Shown piece after piece: positions 52,026 through 61,240 of a DNA stretch of 64,000 bases. The notes beneath the pieces are model-generated. The model ran no database searches. It was not told where the DNA came from and saw only the letters and a program-made list of their open reading frames with translations. How positions within the stretch are numbered: position 1 is the first letter of the stretch; each line of letters opens with the position of its first letter. Source of the stretch: Anaerolineales bacterium (GTDB taxonomy: Bacteria > Chloroflexota > Anaerolineae > Anaerolineales > UBA11579); the NCBI GenBank assembly GCA_035291465.1, contig DATDRZ010000048.1:630-64629 (forward strand), given 5' to 3'. Both the position numbers and the translations under genes were made by a program.

Positions 52026-52408
52026 GGTGTTGGAGAAGCTGCGAAGCTGGGATCGAAGGTCTGGATGGCCGCCGCAAGATCTTGCAGCAGTTCAATGTCG
52101 TCAGCAGAATAGCCGGCATCGATTGCGAATTCGATAGCCCCACTGACGAAAACCAACGGGTTGTAGCCTTCCTGGTTTTTGCTCAGGAAGCCCAGCGCGC
52201 CTATGGCGCGCTCGACCTCATGGTCTGCGCCGTACACCTCGGCCGCCATGAGAACATAGTCCGCTCGGAAATCCTCGCGGAGCAACGAGGGAGACGCATC
52301 CCGAACGGTTATTGGGCGCAACCCCCAGCCATAATAAACTGCCGCCAGGAACCCAAGCAGGATAGTCAACCCAAAAAGGGTATAGCGATTGGAGAAAATC
52401 AGGTTCAC
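52022..52408 (-). CDS. membrane-anchored hypothetical protein
   Basis: 128-aa ORF with an N-terminal TM (YTLFGLTILLGFLAAVYYGW). Confidence 0.55.
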   Translation of the reverse strand: MNLIFSNRYTLFGLTILLGFLAAVYYGWGLRPITVRDASPSLLREDFRADYVLMAAEVYGADHEVERAIGALGFLSKNQEGYNPLVFVSGAIEFAIDAGYSADDIELLQDLAAAIQTFDPSFAASPTP

Positions 52409-52480
52409 GAACTAAATAGGTGCAAGATTCTAGCCAAAGAAATCGGCTGGCAATTCACCACTGCAATGGTTGCAACCGGT

Positions 52481-52717
52481 TTACTCGATTTCGCGCTGCA
52501 GGATGATGGAAAAGTTGGTCTCGCTGCTATCGGACGCCTTGATCTCCCAACCCTCCATGCCCATCTTGTTCAAATAATCGACCAACGGCTGCCTAAGCAC
52601 CTGCCGATCATCGTGCTCGATGACGTCGCAGTCGTAGAGGGCGCCTGTGTTTTTCGACAGTTTCACGCGCCGGACAGCAACCAAACGGGTGAACTCGTAC
52701 CTCGACATAAGCGCCAA
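52481..52717 (-). CDS. small DUF4177-like protein
   Basis: 78 aa. YEFTRL...LVDYLNKMGMEGWEI resembles the DUF4177 pattern (..Y.....LN.lG.eGWEL). Confidence 0.45.
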   Translation of the reverse strand: MALMSRYEFTRLVAVRRVKLSKNTGALYDCDVIEHDDRQVLRQPLVDYLNKMGMEGWEIKASDSSETNFSIILQREIE

Positions 52718-52719
52718 TA

Positions 52720-53847
52720 TTACCCTGAAGACAGAATTTCGCGCAGCGCGGCCAACACCAAACTTACGTACTTTCGCTGGCTGCTATGGCCCATCAATCC
52801 GATCCGCCAGATCTGGCCCTTGAGTTGGCCCAAACCAGCGCCAACCTCGATGCCATATTCCTCGAGCAAGCGCTTCTTGACCGCGTCGTGGCTGGCTGAT
52901 GGAGGAACCTTTACCGAAGTGACCGTGGCCATGCGGTGTTCGCGCTTGACCAGCAGCTCCATATCCAATTCTTCAAGTCCTTTCCAGAGCTGTTCAGCGT
53001 TCCTCTGGTGGCGTGCCCAACGCGCCTCCAGGCCTTCGGCGGCCACCAAGCGCAATGCCTCGTGCAGGGCGTAGTTGAGTTGAATTGGCGCGGTGTGGTG
53101 ATAGGTGCGTTCCTTGCCCCAATATTTCTGCACTTCGCTGAGTGACAGATACCAGCTGCCGACCGGTGTTCTGCGCTTTCTTAGAATCTCTTCGCCGCGC
53201 GGGCCGACGGTGATTGGAGCCAGACCCGGAGAAGCCGATATGGCTTTCTGCGAACCACTAAATGCTACATCCACGTCCCAAGCGTCGACTTCCACCGGAC
53301 CGCCGCCCAGGGTGGCGACTGTATCCAAAACAAAGAGTGCGCCGTGCTCATGGGCGATGGCAGCCAGTTCCTTGATGTCGGGCTGCTGGGCGCCGGATGA
53401 CGTCTCGCCGTGAACAACAGCTAGCAGCTTATACTGGTTTTGACTGACCTTTTTCCTCACCTCCGCCAAATCGAGCACTTGGCCCCAGGGTACTTCGATC
53501 CGATCTACGAATGCGCCATATCGACCAGCCATGTCAAACATACGCTCACCGAAATATCCCATTACGCCGATGAGTACGTGATCGCCGGGCTCGATGAAAT
53601 TCGCCAAGGCGGCCTCCATGCCAGCGCTGCCTGTGCCCGAAACAGGGATGGTCAATTTGTTGTCGGTTCGGAATGTAAAGCGAAGCATTTCCTGAACTTC
53701 GTCCATAATTTGCAGAAAGGCTGGGTCCAAATGGCCGATGACGGGCAGAGCCAATGCTTGAGAAACGCTGGCAGGCATATTGCTGGGTCCCGGCCCGAGC
53801 AAAATACGTTCCGGGGGCCTAACGGCCATGAAAGATTTGGGTTCCAC
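52720..53847 (-). CDS. class V aminotransferase (serine-pyruvate / alanine-glyoxylate type)
   Basis: LLGPGPSN, FSGSQKAISASPG (PLP Lys); 375 aa. Confidence 0.88.
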   Translation of the reverse strand: MEPKSFMAVRPPERILLGPGPSNMPASVSQALALPVIGHLDPAFLQIMDEVQEMLRFTFRTDNKLTIPVSGTGSAGMEAALANFIEPGDHVLIGVMGYFGERMFDMAGRYGAFVDRIEVPWGQVLDLAEVRKKVSQNQYKLLAVVHGETSSGAQQPDIKELAAIAHEHGALFVLDTVATLGGGPVEVDAWDVDVAFSGSQKAISASPGLAPITVGPRGEEILRKRRTPVGSWYLSLSEVQKYWGKERTYHHTAPIQLNYALHEALRLVAAEGLEARWARHQRNAEQLWKGLEELDMELLVKREHRMATVTSVKVPPSASHDAVKKRLLEEYGIEVGAGLGQLKGQIWRIGLMGHSSQRKYVSLVLAALREILSSG

Positions 53848-53898
53848 GTTGATTACTCCTCGGGCTGCGGGTAAATTAAGTGTACCATTGGCTTAGTT

Positions 53899-56235
53899 TT
53901 GAACTTCCAAACAATGCGCTCCAACAGACTCGTTTATGTTGTTGAATTGGTTAAGACTCGGCATGCTCGCTTAGACGGCTGCAAGCAAACCGGCAGCCGA
54001 CGAACCCTGCACCTCAGCGCACTATCCCTGGGAGTCGTTAGTTTGGTTGCAGCCGTGTTGGCCTTAGCGGCCTTGCCGTTCTCCTTTCTTTTGACCACAG
54101 GGCTTCCAGCAGTTGGCCGTTTGGAGGAACTTCTAAATCCAACCTCGGGGGTGCTTTTGCAGCCTGTGCGATTTTACGATCGGAGCGGCGAAACCCTGAT
54201 CCTGACCCTTGCCCCCGAGGGCATTGAGCGAAAATTTGTATCAGTGGGCGATGTGCCCTGGCTGGCCAAAGCCTACGTAGCGAGCAACCAGCCTGATTTC
54301 TGGCAAGCCGGTATTTTTGAATGGAGCGAAGCAACTCGGTCATCAGACACAATTGCTGAACGCATGGTGGCAACACTGCTGCTGCCGAATGAGCCTGAGG
54401 GTTGGTTGAAAAATCTTCGCGTTAACTTGCTGGCCGCTGATGCGTTGAAAAAGTATGGCCAAGAACAGATTCTTACTTGGGCGATCAACAGCACCGATTT
54501 CGGCCACTGGGCGTTCGGCGCCGAGAGCGCGGCCCAACTGTATTTGGGCAAGCCGGCTGCGGAACTAACGCTGGCGGAATCAGCCCTGCTGGTCGCCGTC
54601 GCCCAGGCGCCAGCGCTGAATCCCATTGATGCGCCCGAGCTGGCAATCCGCTTCCAGCGACTGGTGCTTACCTCTATGTGGGAACAGGGGGTTATTACCG
54701 ATAGCGAGCTTGCCGAAGCCGTTTCCCAGCTGTTGGTATTTGCACCTGCCAGAAAATCAGTCAACCTGGCACCCGATTTTACTGACCTGGCCATCGAGCA
54801 GCTTGAGGCCGAGCTTGGGCATGAGCGCGTAATCAGTGGCGGTTTGGACGTGATAACCACATTGGACTACGAGTTGCATCAAGAAGCAGCCAGCTTGATC
54901 GGCGAGGATGGGTCAAATCTTGTTATCGCAGATCCAGTCAATAATCGACTGCTGGCCGTTTTGGGAGATGCAGCAACTGAACACCAGGCTGGTTCTGTGT
55001 TCAGCCCCTTTGTTTACCTCGGCGCCTTTGCCCAAGGAAAAGCGCCGGCGAGCCTGGTTTGGGTTTTCGACCAACGGACTGCCGCCTCGATAAACCAGGG
55101 TCCCCTGACCTTGCGAAAGGCCTTTGCAGGGCGCCTCTCGACAGTGGAAGCCTCACTCTCAATCGACCCGGCAATCGAGCGGAGATTTGCGGAGCTAATG
55201 CAGTTATTGGATATCCGCTTTCCGGATCAAGAGGCGGAACTCAGTCTTGCCGACGCCGCCCGGGTTTATGGACTGCTCAGTCAAAATGGATTGGCGGCTA
55301 ACATCGAGTCACCCTCGCTAAACACGTTGTTATTTGCTGCAGGACCAAGCAGTAGTGTAGAGCTTGATCTCACGCGCACAGTGTGGCACTCCGTCCTGAG
55401 CCCTGACCTTTCTTATCTGGTGACGGATGTTTTGAGCGACACGACTTACTGGCAGCAAGCAATAGATCGCCCCGCAGCCTTTACGTTTGACACCGGTCAA
55501 CACTGGCTGGTGGCTTATTCACCACAAAGGGTTCTAGTACTGTGGAAAGAAACCGCATTTGGCGACGAATCACAAATATGGTTACCTCTTTTTGAAACCG
55601 CGCATCGTGGCCTGCCGACGATAGATTGGGAGGTTCCTGCAGGGTTGATCTCGGTCATCGTCTGCGTGCCCTCGGGGCAACTCCCCGACGAAGATTGTCC
55701 TGAAACTCGCCGCGAATGGTTCCTGCGTGACAACAGGCCGCGGGAAACGGACGGTTTGTACCAGCGAATTGCAATCAACAGCTTAAACGGCAAGTTGGCA
55801 ACAGTGTTCACTCCAGAGGAATTCGTCGAGGAGCGCGTTTACTTGATGGTGCCGCCGGAGGGAGAAGCCTGGGCCCAAGCTGCCCGCATCCCGATACCGT
55901 CACAGGATTACGATCCAGTGCCTGGGCTCAAGATAGGTAATTCATTGCCTGAAATAGCGCGACCGGCGCCATTCACTGAAGTCAGCGGCCTGGTCAAAGT
56001 CATTGGCAGCTTGGGAGCGGATGCTGTACGCTACGATGTGCAAATCGGTCAGGGATTGCGTCCCAGCGAATGGCTGCTGTTGGCTGAGGGCCGCGCCTCG
56101 CCCTGGAAAAGAGACTTGGCACAATGGGACACAGAAGGACTGGGCGGCATTTGGGCGATCCAGCTGCAAACCTGGAACGCTGAAGGCAAGATGACGCGGG
56201 TATATACAGTTGTCACGATCGAATCTGAAAAATAA
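53899..56235 (+). CDS. class A penicillin-binding-protein homologue with substituted catalytic motifs
   Basis: TM helix. GT51-like block (ILTWAINSTDFG...AAQLYLGKPAAELTLAESALLVAVAQAPALNP) and transpeptidase-like block (AGSVFSPFVYLGAF ... WLVAYSPQRVLVLW). The catalytic positions read SNQPDF, SVFS, STV and DTG. Confidence 0.78.
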   Translation: MNFQTMRSNRLVYVVELVKTRHARLDGCKQTGSRRTLHLSALSLGVVSLVAAVLALAALPFSFLLTTGLPAVGRLEELLNPTSGVLLQPVRFYDRSGETLILTLAPEGIERKFVSVGDVPWLAKAYVASNQPDFWQAGIFEWSEATRSSDTIAERMVATLLLPNEPEGWLKNLRVNLLAADALKKYGQEQILTWAINSTDFGHWAFGAESAAQLYLGKPAAELTLAESALLVAVAQAPALNPIDAPELAIRFQRLVLTSMWEQGVITDSELAEAVSQLLVFAPARKSVNLAPDFTDLAIEQLEAELGHERVISGGLDVITTLDYELHQEAASLIGEDGSNLVIADPVNNRLLAVLGDAATEHQAGSVFSPFVYLGAFAQGKAPASLVWVFDQRTAASINQGPLTLRKAFAGRLSTVEASLSIDPAIERRFAELMQLLDIRFPDQEAELSLADAARVYGLLSQNGLAANIESPSLNTLLFAAGPSSSVELDLTRTVWHSVLSPDLSYLVTDVLSDTTYWQQAIDRPAAFTFDTGQHWLVAYSPQRVLVLWKETAFGDESQIWLPLFETAHRGLPTIDWEVPAGLISVIVCVPSGQLPDEDCPETRREWFLRDNRPRETDGLYQRIAINSLNGKLATVFTPEEFVEERVYLMVPPEGEAWAQAARIPIPSQDYDPVPGLKIGNSLPEIARPAPFTEVSGLVKVIGSLGADAVRYDVQIGQGLRPSEWLLLAEGRASPWKRDLAQWDTEGLGGIWAIQLQTWNAEGKMTRVYTVVTIESEK

Positions 56236-56262
56236 AAGGACGAGCTTGCGCTCGTCCTTTTC
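56234..56262. terminator. bidirectional terminator between convergent genes
   Basis: AAAAGGACGAGC-TTGC-GCTCGTCCTTTT. Confidence 0.75.
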
Positions 56263-56277
56263 AGTTTACTTTCCAGG

Positions 56278-57072
56278 CTAAGGGGTACTGATAGTGACGT
56301 AATCAACCTCCACCATGACAGGGATGCCATCGAATGAGGCAACAGATATACCTATTAAGCCTTCATCATAGCGGCTGTCTTTAACCATTCGGATTTCCGT
56401 CCCGTTGACTCCAAGCGTCAGCCGTTCCCCCTGGCAAATAATAGTGTAGTCGTTGGTATCTTTGCCGGTCTTTAGATTCGCCACCCCGCCGCTATACAAC
56501 TCAAAATACTCCCCGGTTGAACTTTCATAACGGAGGATATTGTACAAACCGTTATTAGCCACATTGAATTCATACCACCCGCGATCATTGGCGCGGCAAA
56601 TCAAACTTACGCTGTTGTTATTGTTTCCCAGATTCTCGGCCCGGGCGTCCACACGGACATCGTCGTAAGTGTAAGCATCATAGGTGTAGTAAGGCCAAAC
56701 ATTTTCGCCCGTGATATCAAAAATCAGCTTGCCACGATCTGCATACAGCTCTAAATCTAAATCATCACCACTGACCAAGAAGTAGGACCAGTTCGTTGGA
56801 ATTTGATCGAATTCCTCAGTGTAATATGGCTCGTCCTCCGCAGCCGGCGGTTCAGTGGCCGCAGGTGGTTCGGTAACTGCCGGCTCGGTAGTTGGTGCGA
56901 TGGTTGCCGGCTGTTGCGGCTGGGCGTTGAGCGCCTGCTGGGTCGCTTCCAGGGATTGTTGGGTGGCCGCCAAGTCCGCGGCGCTCGGGCCGCCGGATGC
57001 TCCCCCGCAGGCGGCCAAAATCATCGAGAAAACAAAAACTGCTGCAATTCGGTAAAACAACTGGCTGCGCAT
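56278..57072 (-). CDS. lipoprotein with C-terminal jelly-roll/lectin-like domain (tentative)
   Basis: Trimmed to Met29. MRSQLFYRIAAVFVFSMILAAC is a lipobox. Pro/Ala/Thr/Glu linker, then a beta-rich domain of about 180 aa. Confidence 0.6.
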   Translation of the reverse strand: MRSQLFYRIAAVFVFSMILAACGGASGGPSAADLAATQQSLEATQQALNAQPQQPATIAPTTEPAVTEPPAATEPPAAEDEPYYTEEFDQIPTNWSYFLVSGDDLDLELYADRGKLIFDITGENVWPYYTYDAYTYDDVRVDARAENLGNNNNSVSLICRANDRGWYEFNVANNGLYNILRYESSTGEYFELYSGGVANLKTGKDTNDYTIICQGERLTLGVNGTEIRMVKDSRYDEGLIGISVASFDGIPVMVEVDYVTISTP

Positions 57073-57134
57073 AAAAAACACTCCTAACAAGTCAGAAAGA
57101 TACGCGCAGTATAACAGGGATTTGGGAGCGATTT

Positions 57135-57758
57135 CTAAGGATTGCGACGGCGCCACCAGGCAAACAAGCCGGCGCCGATCGCCAATATCGCCAGGCTAAA
57201 TTCCAGAGGCCTGGCGTAATCGGCCAGAAACAGTCGCAGATCGAATGGCCCCGCCTCTTTCGTATTGCGGTCCCCTTGATCTTGCTCCGCATGGAGTTCG
57301 ATTTCCCCAGCGCCTTCAGTCGCAGAATCCGTCGGGGTCGGCGTAACCGTCAGGTCTTCGGCGGACTCTTGTGCCATCATTGCCTGGGGGGCCTCTTCGG
57401 CTGCGGGCGCAGCCACCCCAAACAGCGGCATTCCGCTGGCCCAGATCTCCCCGGCGAAGACAAGCACCAGCACCAGGGTCGTCGCAGCAGAAACCAAGTT
57501 CCACGAGTTCCAACCACCTGCAGCGGCTTTGCGCGGCGCAGCCACCATATCGGCGCGGAGAGCAAAGGAGCGCGGAACGCGTCGTTGCGGCGCGCGACGC
57601 AACAGGGCGCGCGTGCGCTCAAGTTGCTTCAGCGCGTCCGATAGATCCGGCTCTGCCTCCAGACGCTGCTCGAATGCAGCGCGTTCCTGCGAGGGCAGGG
57701 CATTATCCAGGTAGGCTGAAACCCACTCCAGGTCGCGGGTGGAAAGTCCATTGCTCAT
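57135..57758 (-). CDS. anti-sigma factor (no zinc motif), two TM segments
   Basis: 4-nt overlap with the sigma gene. The N-terminal WVSAYLDNALPSQERAAFEQRLEAEPDL is typical of anti-sigma N-domains. Confidence 0.7.
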   Translation of the reverse strand: MSNGLSTRDLEWVSAYLDNALPSQERAAFEQRLEAEPDLSDALKQLERTRALLRRAPQRRVPRSFALRADMVAAPRKAAAGGWNSWNLVSAATTLVLVLVFAGEIWASGMPLFGVAAPAAEEAPQAMMAQESAEDLTVTPTPTDSATEGAGEIELHAEQDQGDRNTKEAGPFDLRLFLADYARPLEFSLAILAIGAGLFAWWRRRNP

Positions 57759-58363
57759 TGCGTTCCCTCAGTACTTAGACGGAAACGGTCTGGCAACAGT
57801 TCCACGAAACCCTGCAGGCAGAGCTGCAATCGGCTGCGCGCCCGGGCCAGCCTGCTCTTCACTGTCCCTAATGGGCGACGCATCACCTGCGCCGCCTCGG
57901 CGTAGTCCATACCCTGCACATCGACCAGCACGACCGCCGCGCGGAATTCGGCCTCTAGTTGATCCAGGCAGCGCTGGATAGCGGCGTTCAACTCAACGCG
58001 TTCAGCCAGTTCCTGTGGGCTTTCGCCAGGGTCGGCCAGCCAAGCCGGGTCGGGGACCTCATCGCCGTCCTGCGTTTCTGGCTCCAAGGGAGTCTGCGGG
58101 CGACGTTGGCGGCGGCGCAATTCGTCATAGGAACCATTGGTCACAATGCGCAGCAACCAGGCTTTGAAGGAACCGCCGCGATAGCTGCGCAGATTTTTGT
58201 AAGCGGAGATGAATGCTTCTTGAGTGATATCTTCTGCAGCAGAGTCGTCACTGAGTAAACGATAGGCGAGGTTGAAAACCAATCCCTGGTAGCTGGTCAC
58301 CAGGCGATTGAAAGCATCCAAATCACCTTGCTGGGCCGCTTGGATTAATTGTTCTTCTTCCAT
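57755..58363 (-). CDS. ECF-type RNA polymerase sigma factor, paralog 2
   Basis: Trimmed to Met63 (MEEEQLIQAAQQGDLDAFNRLV...). EDITQEAFISAYKNLRSYRG, MDYAEAAQVMRRPLGTVKSRLARAR. Confidence 0.9.
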   Translation of the reverse strand: MEEEQLIQAAQQGDLDAFNRLVTSYQGLVFNLAYRLLSDDSAAEDITQEAFISAYKNLRSYRGGSFKAWLLRIVTNGSYDELRRRQRRPQTPLEPETQDGDEVPDPAWLADPGESPQELAERVELNAAIQRCLDQLEAEFRAAVVLVDVQGMDYAEAAQVMRRPLGTVKSRLARARSRLQLCLQGFVELLPDRFRLSTEGTQ

Positions 58364-58755
58364 TTTTCCGTCTTCGACCAGTTGCTTGCGAAAGCCAAAA
58401 TAAACGCTCCGCGCGAAATGAGAATCCCTGCAGAAATGGCAGCTCCCATAACCAACACAAAAATTGGGATCAGGGGAGTTCCCAACCACAGGGCTCGAGC
58501 GGCGGCGCCGATGGGTGCGGTTAAGAAAGCCGCAACGGGTATGCGCCATACCTGGCTCAAGGCCGATGCAGTCGCTGAATCGTAAAGTCTCAAAACTGCG
58601 GCGAACGATAGCCAGGCAACGAGAAATGGAAGAAAGGTGTAAGGCAACCGCGAAAAAAAGGCTAGATCAGTTTGGTGGAAACGAATACCCAGCAAGGTAA
58701 CTAAGAAGATAACCAGAGAATCATCAATCAACAAGAGAAACTGAACCAGCTTCAT
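58345..58755 (-). CDS. DUF3054-like 4-TM membrane protein
   Basis: 136 aa with four helices. Overlaps the sigma start by 19 nt. Confidence 0.55.
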   Translation of the reverse strand: MKLVQFLLLIDDSLVIFLVTLLGIRFHQTDLAFFSRLPYTFLPFLVAWLSFAAVLRLYDSATASALSQVWRIPVAAFLTAPIGAAARALWLGTPLIPIFVLVMGAAISAGILISRGAFILAFASNWSKTEKWKKNN

Positions 58756-58898
58756 TTCGCTGTTTTACCACAACCGTGAGAATGGTGTGCACAAGATTCG
58801 GCAGAAAAAACGCTCGCGCAAATAGCGAATAGCTCTGACGGCGAGAGTAAAATGACAGGGTTGAGAACATCCCCTTTTCTTAACGTATAGAACCCAAG

Positions 58899-61235
58899 CT
58901 ATTTGTTTAGACGCTCCAGAAACTGCTGGTAAGTTTGCGCGTTAGGCGGATTCAAGGCCAGGATTGCACGCACGGCTGCCTTGGCGCCTTCGCGGTCCCC
59001 GAGTTCGACCAGCAATTCACCTACCCGGTCCCATTCACGAATCGCGTCTCCCTTTTGGTTGTTTCGCTGGTAATACTCAGCCAACCGGCGATGAGCCAGG
59101 ATATAGCGAGGGTTTTCCTCAACAAGGTTTGTCAGGAAGGTCCCGGCATCGGATTCGAGGTCAACGCCATCGGAAATGGAGAGGTAGTCATCGAGTTCGA
59201 GGCTGGCCTTCGCTTCTTGGCTCAAACGAAGATTCAATTGCACCAGGTTTTGGCGCGCAACTCTATCCGTTGGCGCCAGAGTCCGAATCTGCTCGTAGAC
59301 GCTTAGGGCCCTTCGCGAATCCAATCGCTGCAAATCTATATCGGCCATCTGGTGCAGGATCTTTACAGTCCAGGTCGGATCTGCCCCGTTCTCTTGCACC
59401 AGACCCAAGGCTTTTTCATAAGTATCACGGGCCATGTCGAGTTGGGCCAGGCGATAATACACGTCCGCAAGTTCCAGGTATTGGCGTGCCGCCTCTTCCA
59501 ACTGTTGGTGAGAAGTTAGTTGCTCGATTAGACGATTACGGGCTTCTACATCCAGCGGAGATATGGATACGATACGTTCATACATTTCAGCGGCGCTGCG
59601 GATGTCAGCGCGGGCTTCATATACGCGTGCCACAATCGAAAGCTTCTCGATAGCCTGCTGCGGCCGATCGTTCATCAACAGCAATTCGCCCATATGGATG
59701 TGCAAAGGCAAATACCCAGGCGAGTATTGCAAAGCGGTGAAGGCTTCCTCCATGGCCGCGCGCAAGTAGCCATCACGCGAGATCTCATTGATGCGCGCCA
59801 GGGCATCGACCAGGCGCCCGCTGTTCGGATCCGTGAGCACTTCAGCGACGGGAACAGGCCCTTCCGCCTCCAGGGCGCTGGGCAGTTGCCCGCGGGCTTC
59901 GGCAATAGCCGTTCGCCAGTTCGATCGCTGAAGCAAATTACCAATGTTTCGAGAAAGCAATTTGATTTCGTTATCATTGGTTGTTTTCAGAAACGATTCG
60001 ATCCATGGATCGTAGGCTCCGCCAAGGGCTGTTTTATCTTCCTCGGGCACAACTTCCACATCCGCAACCTTTAATGCCTGCAAATAATCGGCGACCGCAT
60101 CCTTCGGGCGGCTCAAGGCGCGAAGCTGGTCGGCCATAAGCAGCCAGGAAACCATGGCAAAATCAGCATGCCTGGCCGATTCCTGGAAACTGCCATAAGC
60201 CTCTTCATGAAGGCCATGCTGAGATCGAAGCAGTCCCAGATTGAAATGCGCGGCGGGATGATTCAATCCGGCATCGATGGCGGATTCTAGTTCTTCAGCG
60301 GCCTCTTTGTGTTTTTTCAATGTCTGCATGTCGATGCCCCGGCTAAGATGTTGGATGATAGCCTTTTCATCAAAACCGCGGGCCAGGAAACCTTGAGCGA
60401 CAACTTGGCCTATTGAACGAAGACCGCTTGTCTTCCGTGTGGGTTTCGTTTCGGTAGGAGTTAAATCGAAGAGCAAATTGGCCAGGGCTTGCACCGCGTT
60501 TTGCGCTGCCGCTTTCACGGGTTCCGGCCCCTCATCGGATTCGGGCCCCGCCCCTCTGCGAATCAATTTTCCAGTGGCGACAGGCAGCCGCAATGGTCCG
60601 CTCATTCCGCGCTGGCGGATCGGCTTAGGGAGCGGCGAGAAAGCTTTGAGCAAAGCGATGGCTTCTTGGGCCTCTTTATTCTCTGGATCCAAACTCAAGG
60701 CATATTCGGCGCTCCTTAGAGCTTCCGCCTGTTGGCCTTCACGTTGCTGGAGCGCAGCGAGAGCGATATGCTCCGCAATCGCTTGAGGAATTCTGCCGAG
60801 TTTCTCATACACGTGGGCAAGCCTGGTGTGCGCATCGATATTCTCAGGCACCACCAAGGTCACGCGCGTCCAATTGTTGATGGCTTTATCTGTATCGCGT
60901 AACTTGATATGCAATTCGGCGGCGCGCATAGAATGACTAACCGCTTCATGCAATTTTCCGCTTTCTTTGTAAATCTGAGCAATTTTTTCAACCGGCAACG
61001 GATCATCCGGGGTGAGACGAGCTGCTTGGTTGTAGTAATCCAGTGCTTTGTCTTGTTGGCCAAGTTGCAAATGGGCAAATGCCAGACTGTTTATTGTTGC
61101 CGCATTATCGGGGAATTGTTCCAAGGCGCGGCGGTAATACTCGAGGGCCTCTTGCCACCTGCCCTCCCAGGCTGCAGAGTGCCCCTGGTTCACCGAACGG
61201 CGGAATATATCTTCGTTGCCTGTCAAAGCCGCCAT
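58899..61235 (-). CDS. large TPR-repeat protein
   Basis: 778 aa. Repeated A..Y..AL.l.P motifs throughout. Confidence 0.85.
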   Translation of the reverse strand: MAALTGNEDIFRRSVNQGHSAAWEGRWQEALEYYRRALEQFPDNAATINSLAFAHLQLGQQDKALDYYNQAARLTPDDPLPVEKIAQIYKESGKLHEAVSHSMRAAELHIKLRDTDKAINNWTRVTLVVPENIDAHTRLAHVYEKLGRIPQAIAEHIALAALQQREGQQAEALRSAEYALSLDPENKEAQEAIALLKAFSPLPKPIRQRGMSGPLRLPVATGKLIRRGAGPESDEGPEPVKAAAQNAVQALANLLFDLTPTETKPTRKTSGLRSIGQVVAQGFLARGFDEKAIIQHLSRGIDMQTLKKHKEAAEELESAIDAGLNHPAAHFNLGLLRSQHGLHEEAYGSFQESARHADFAMVSWLLMADQLRALSRPKDAVADYLQALKVADVEVVPEEDKTALGGAYDPWIESFLKTTNDNEIKLLSRNIGNLLQRSNWRTAIAEARGQLPSALEAEGPVPVAEVLTDPNSGRLVDALARINEISRDGYLRAAMEEAFTALQYSPGYLPLHIHMGELLLMNDRPQQAIEKLSIVARVYEARADIRSAAEMYERIVSISPLDVEARNRLIEQLTSHQQLEEAARQYLELADVYYRLAQLDMARDTYEKALGLVQENGADPTWTVKILHQMADIDLQRLDSRRALSVYEQIRTLAPTDRVARQNLVQLNLRLSQEAKASLELDDYLSISDGVDLESDAGTFLTNLVEENPRYILAHRRLAEYYQRNNQKGDAIREWDRVGELLVELGDREGAKAAVRAILALNPPNAQTYQQFLERLNK

Positions 61236-61240
61236 GGCGG

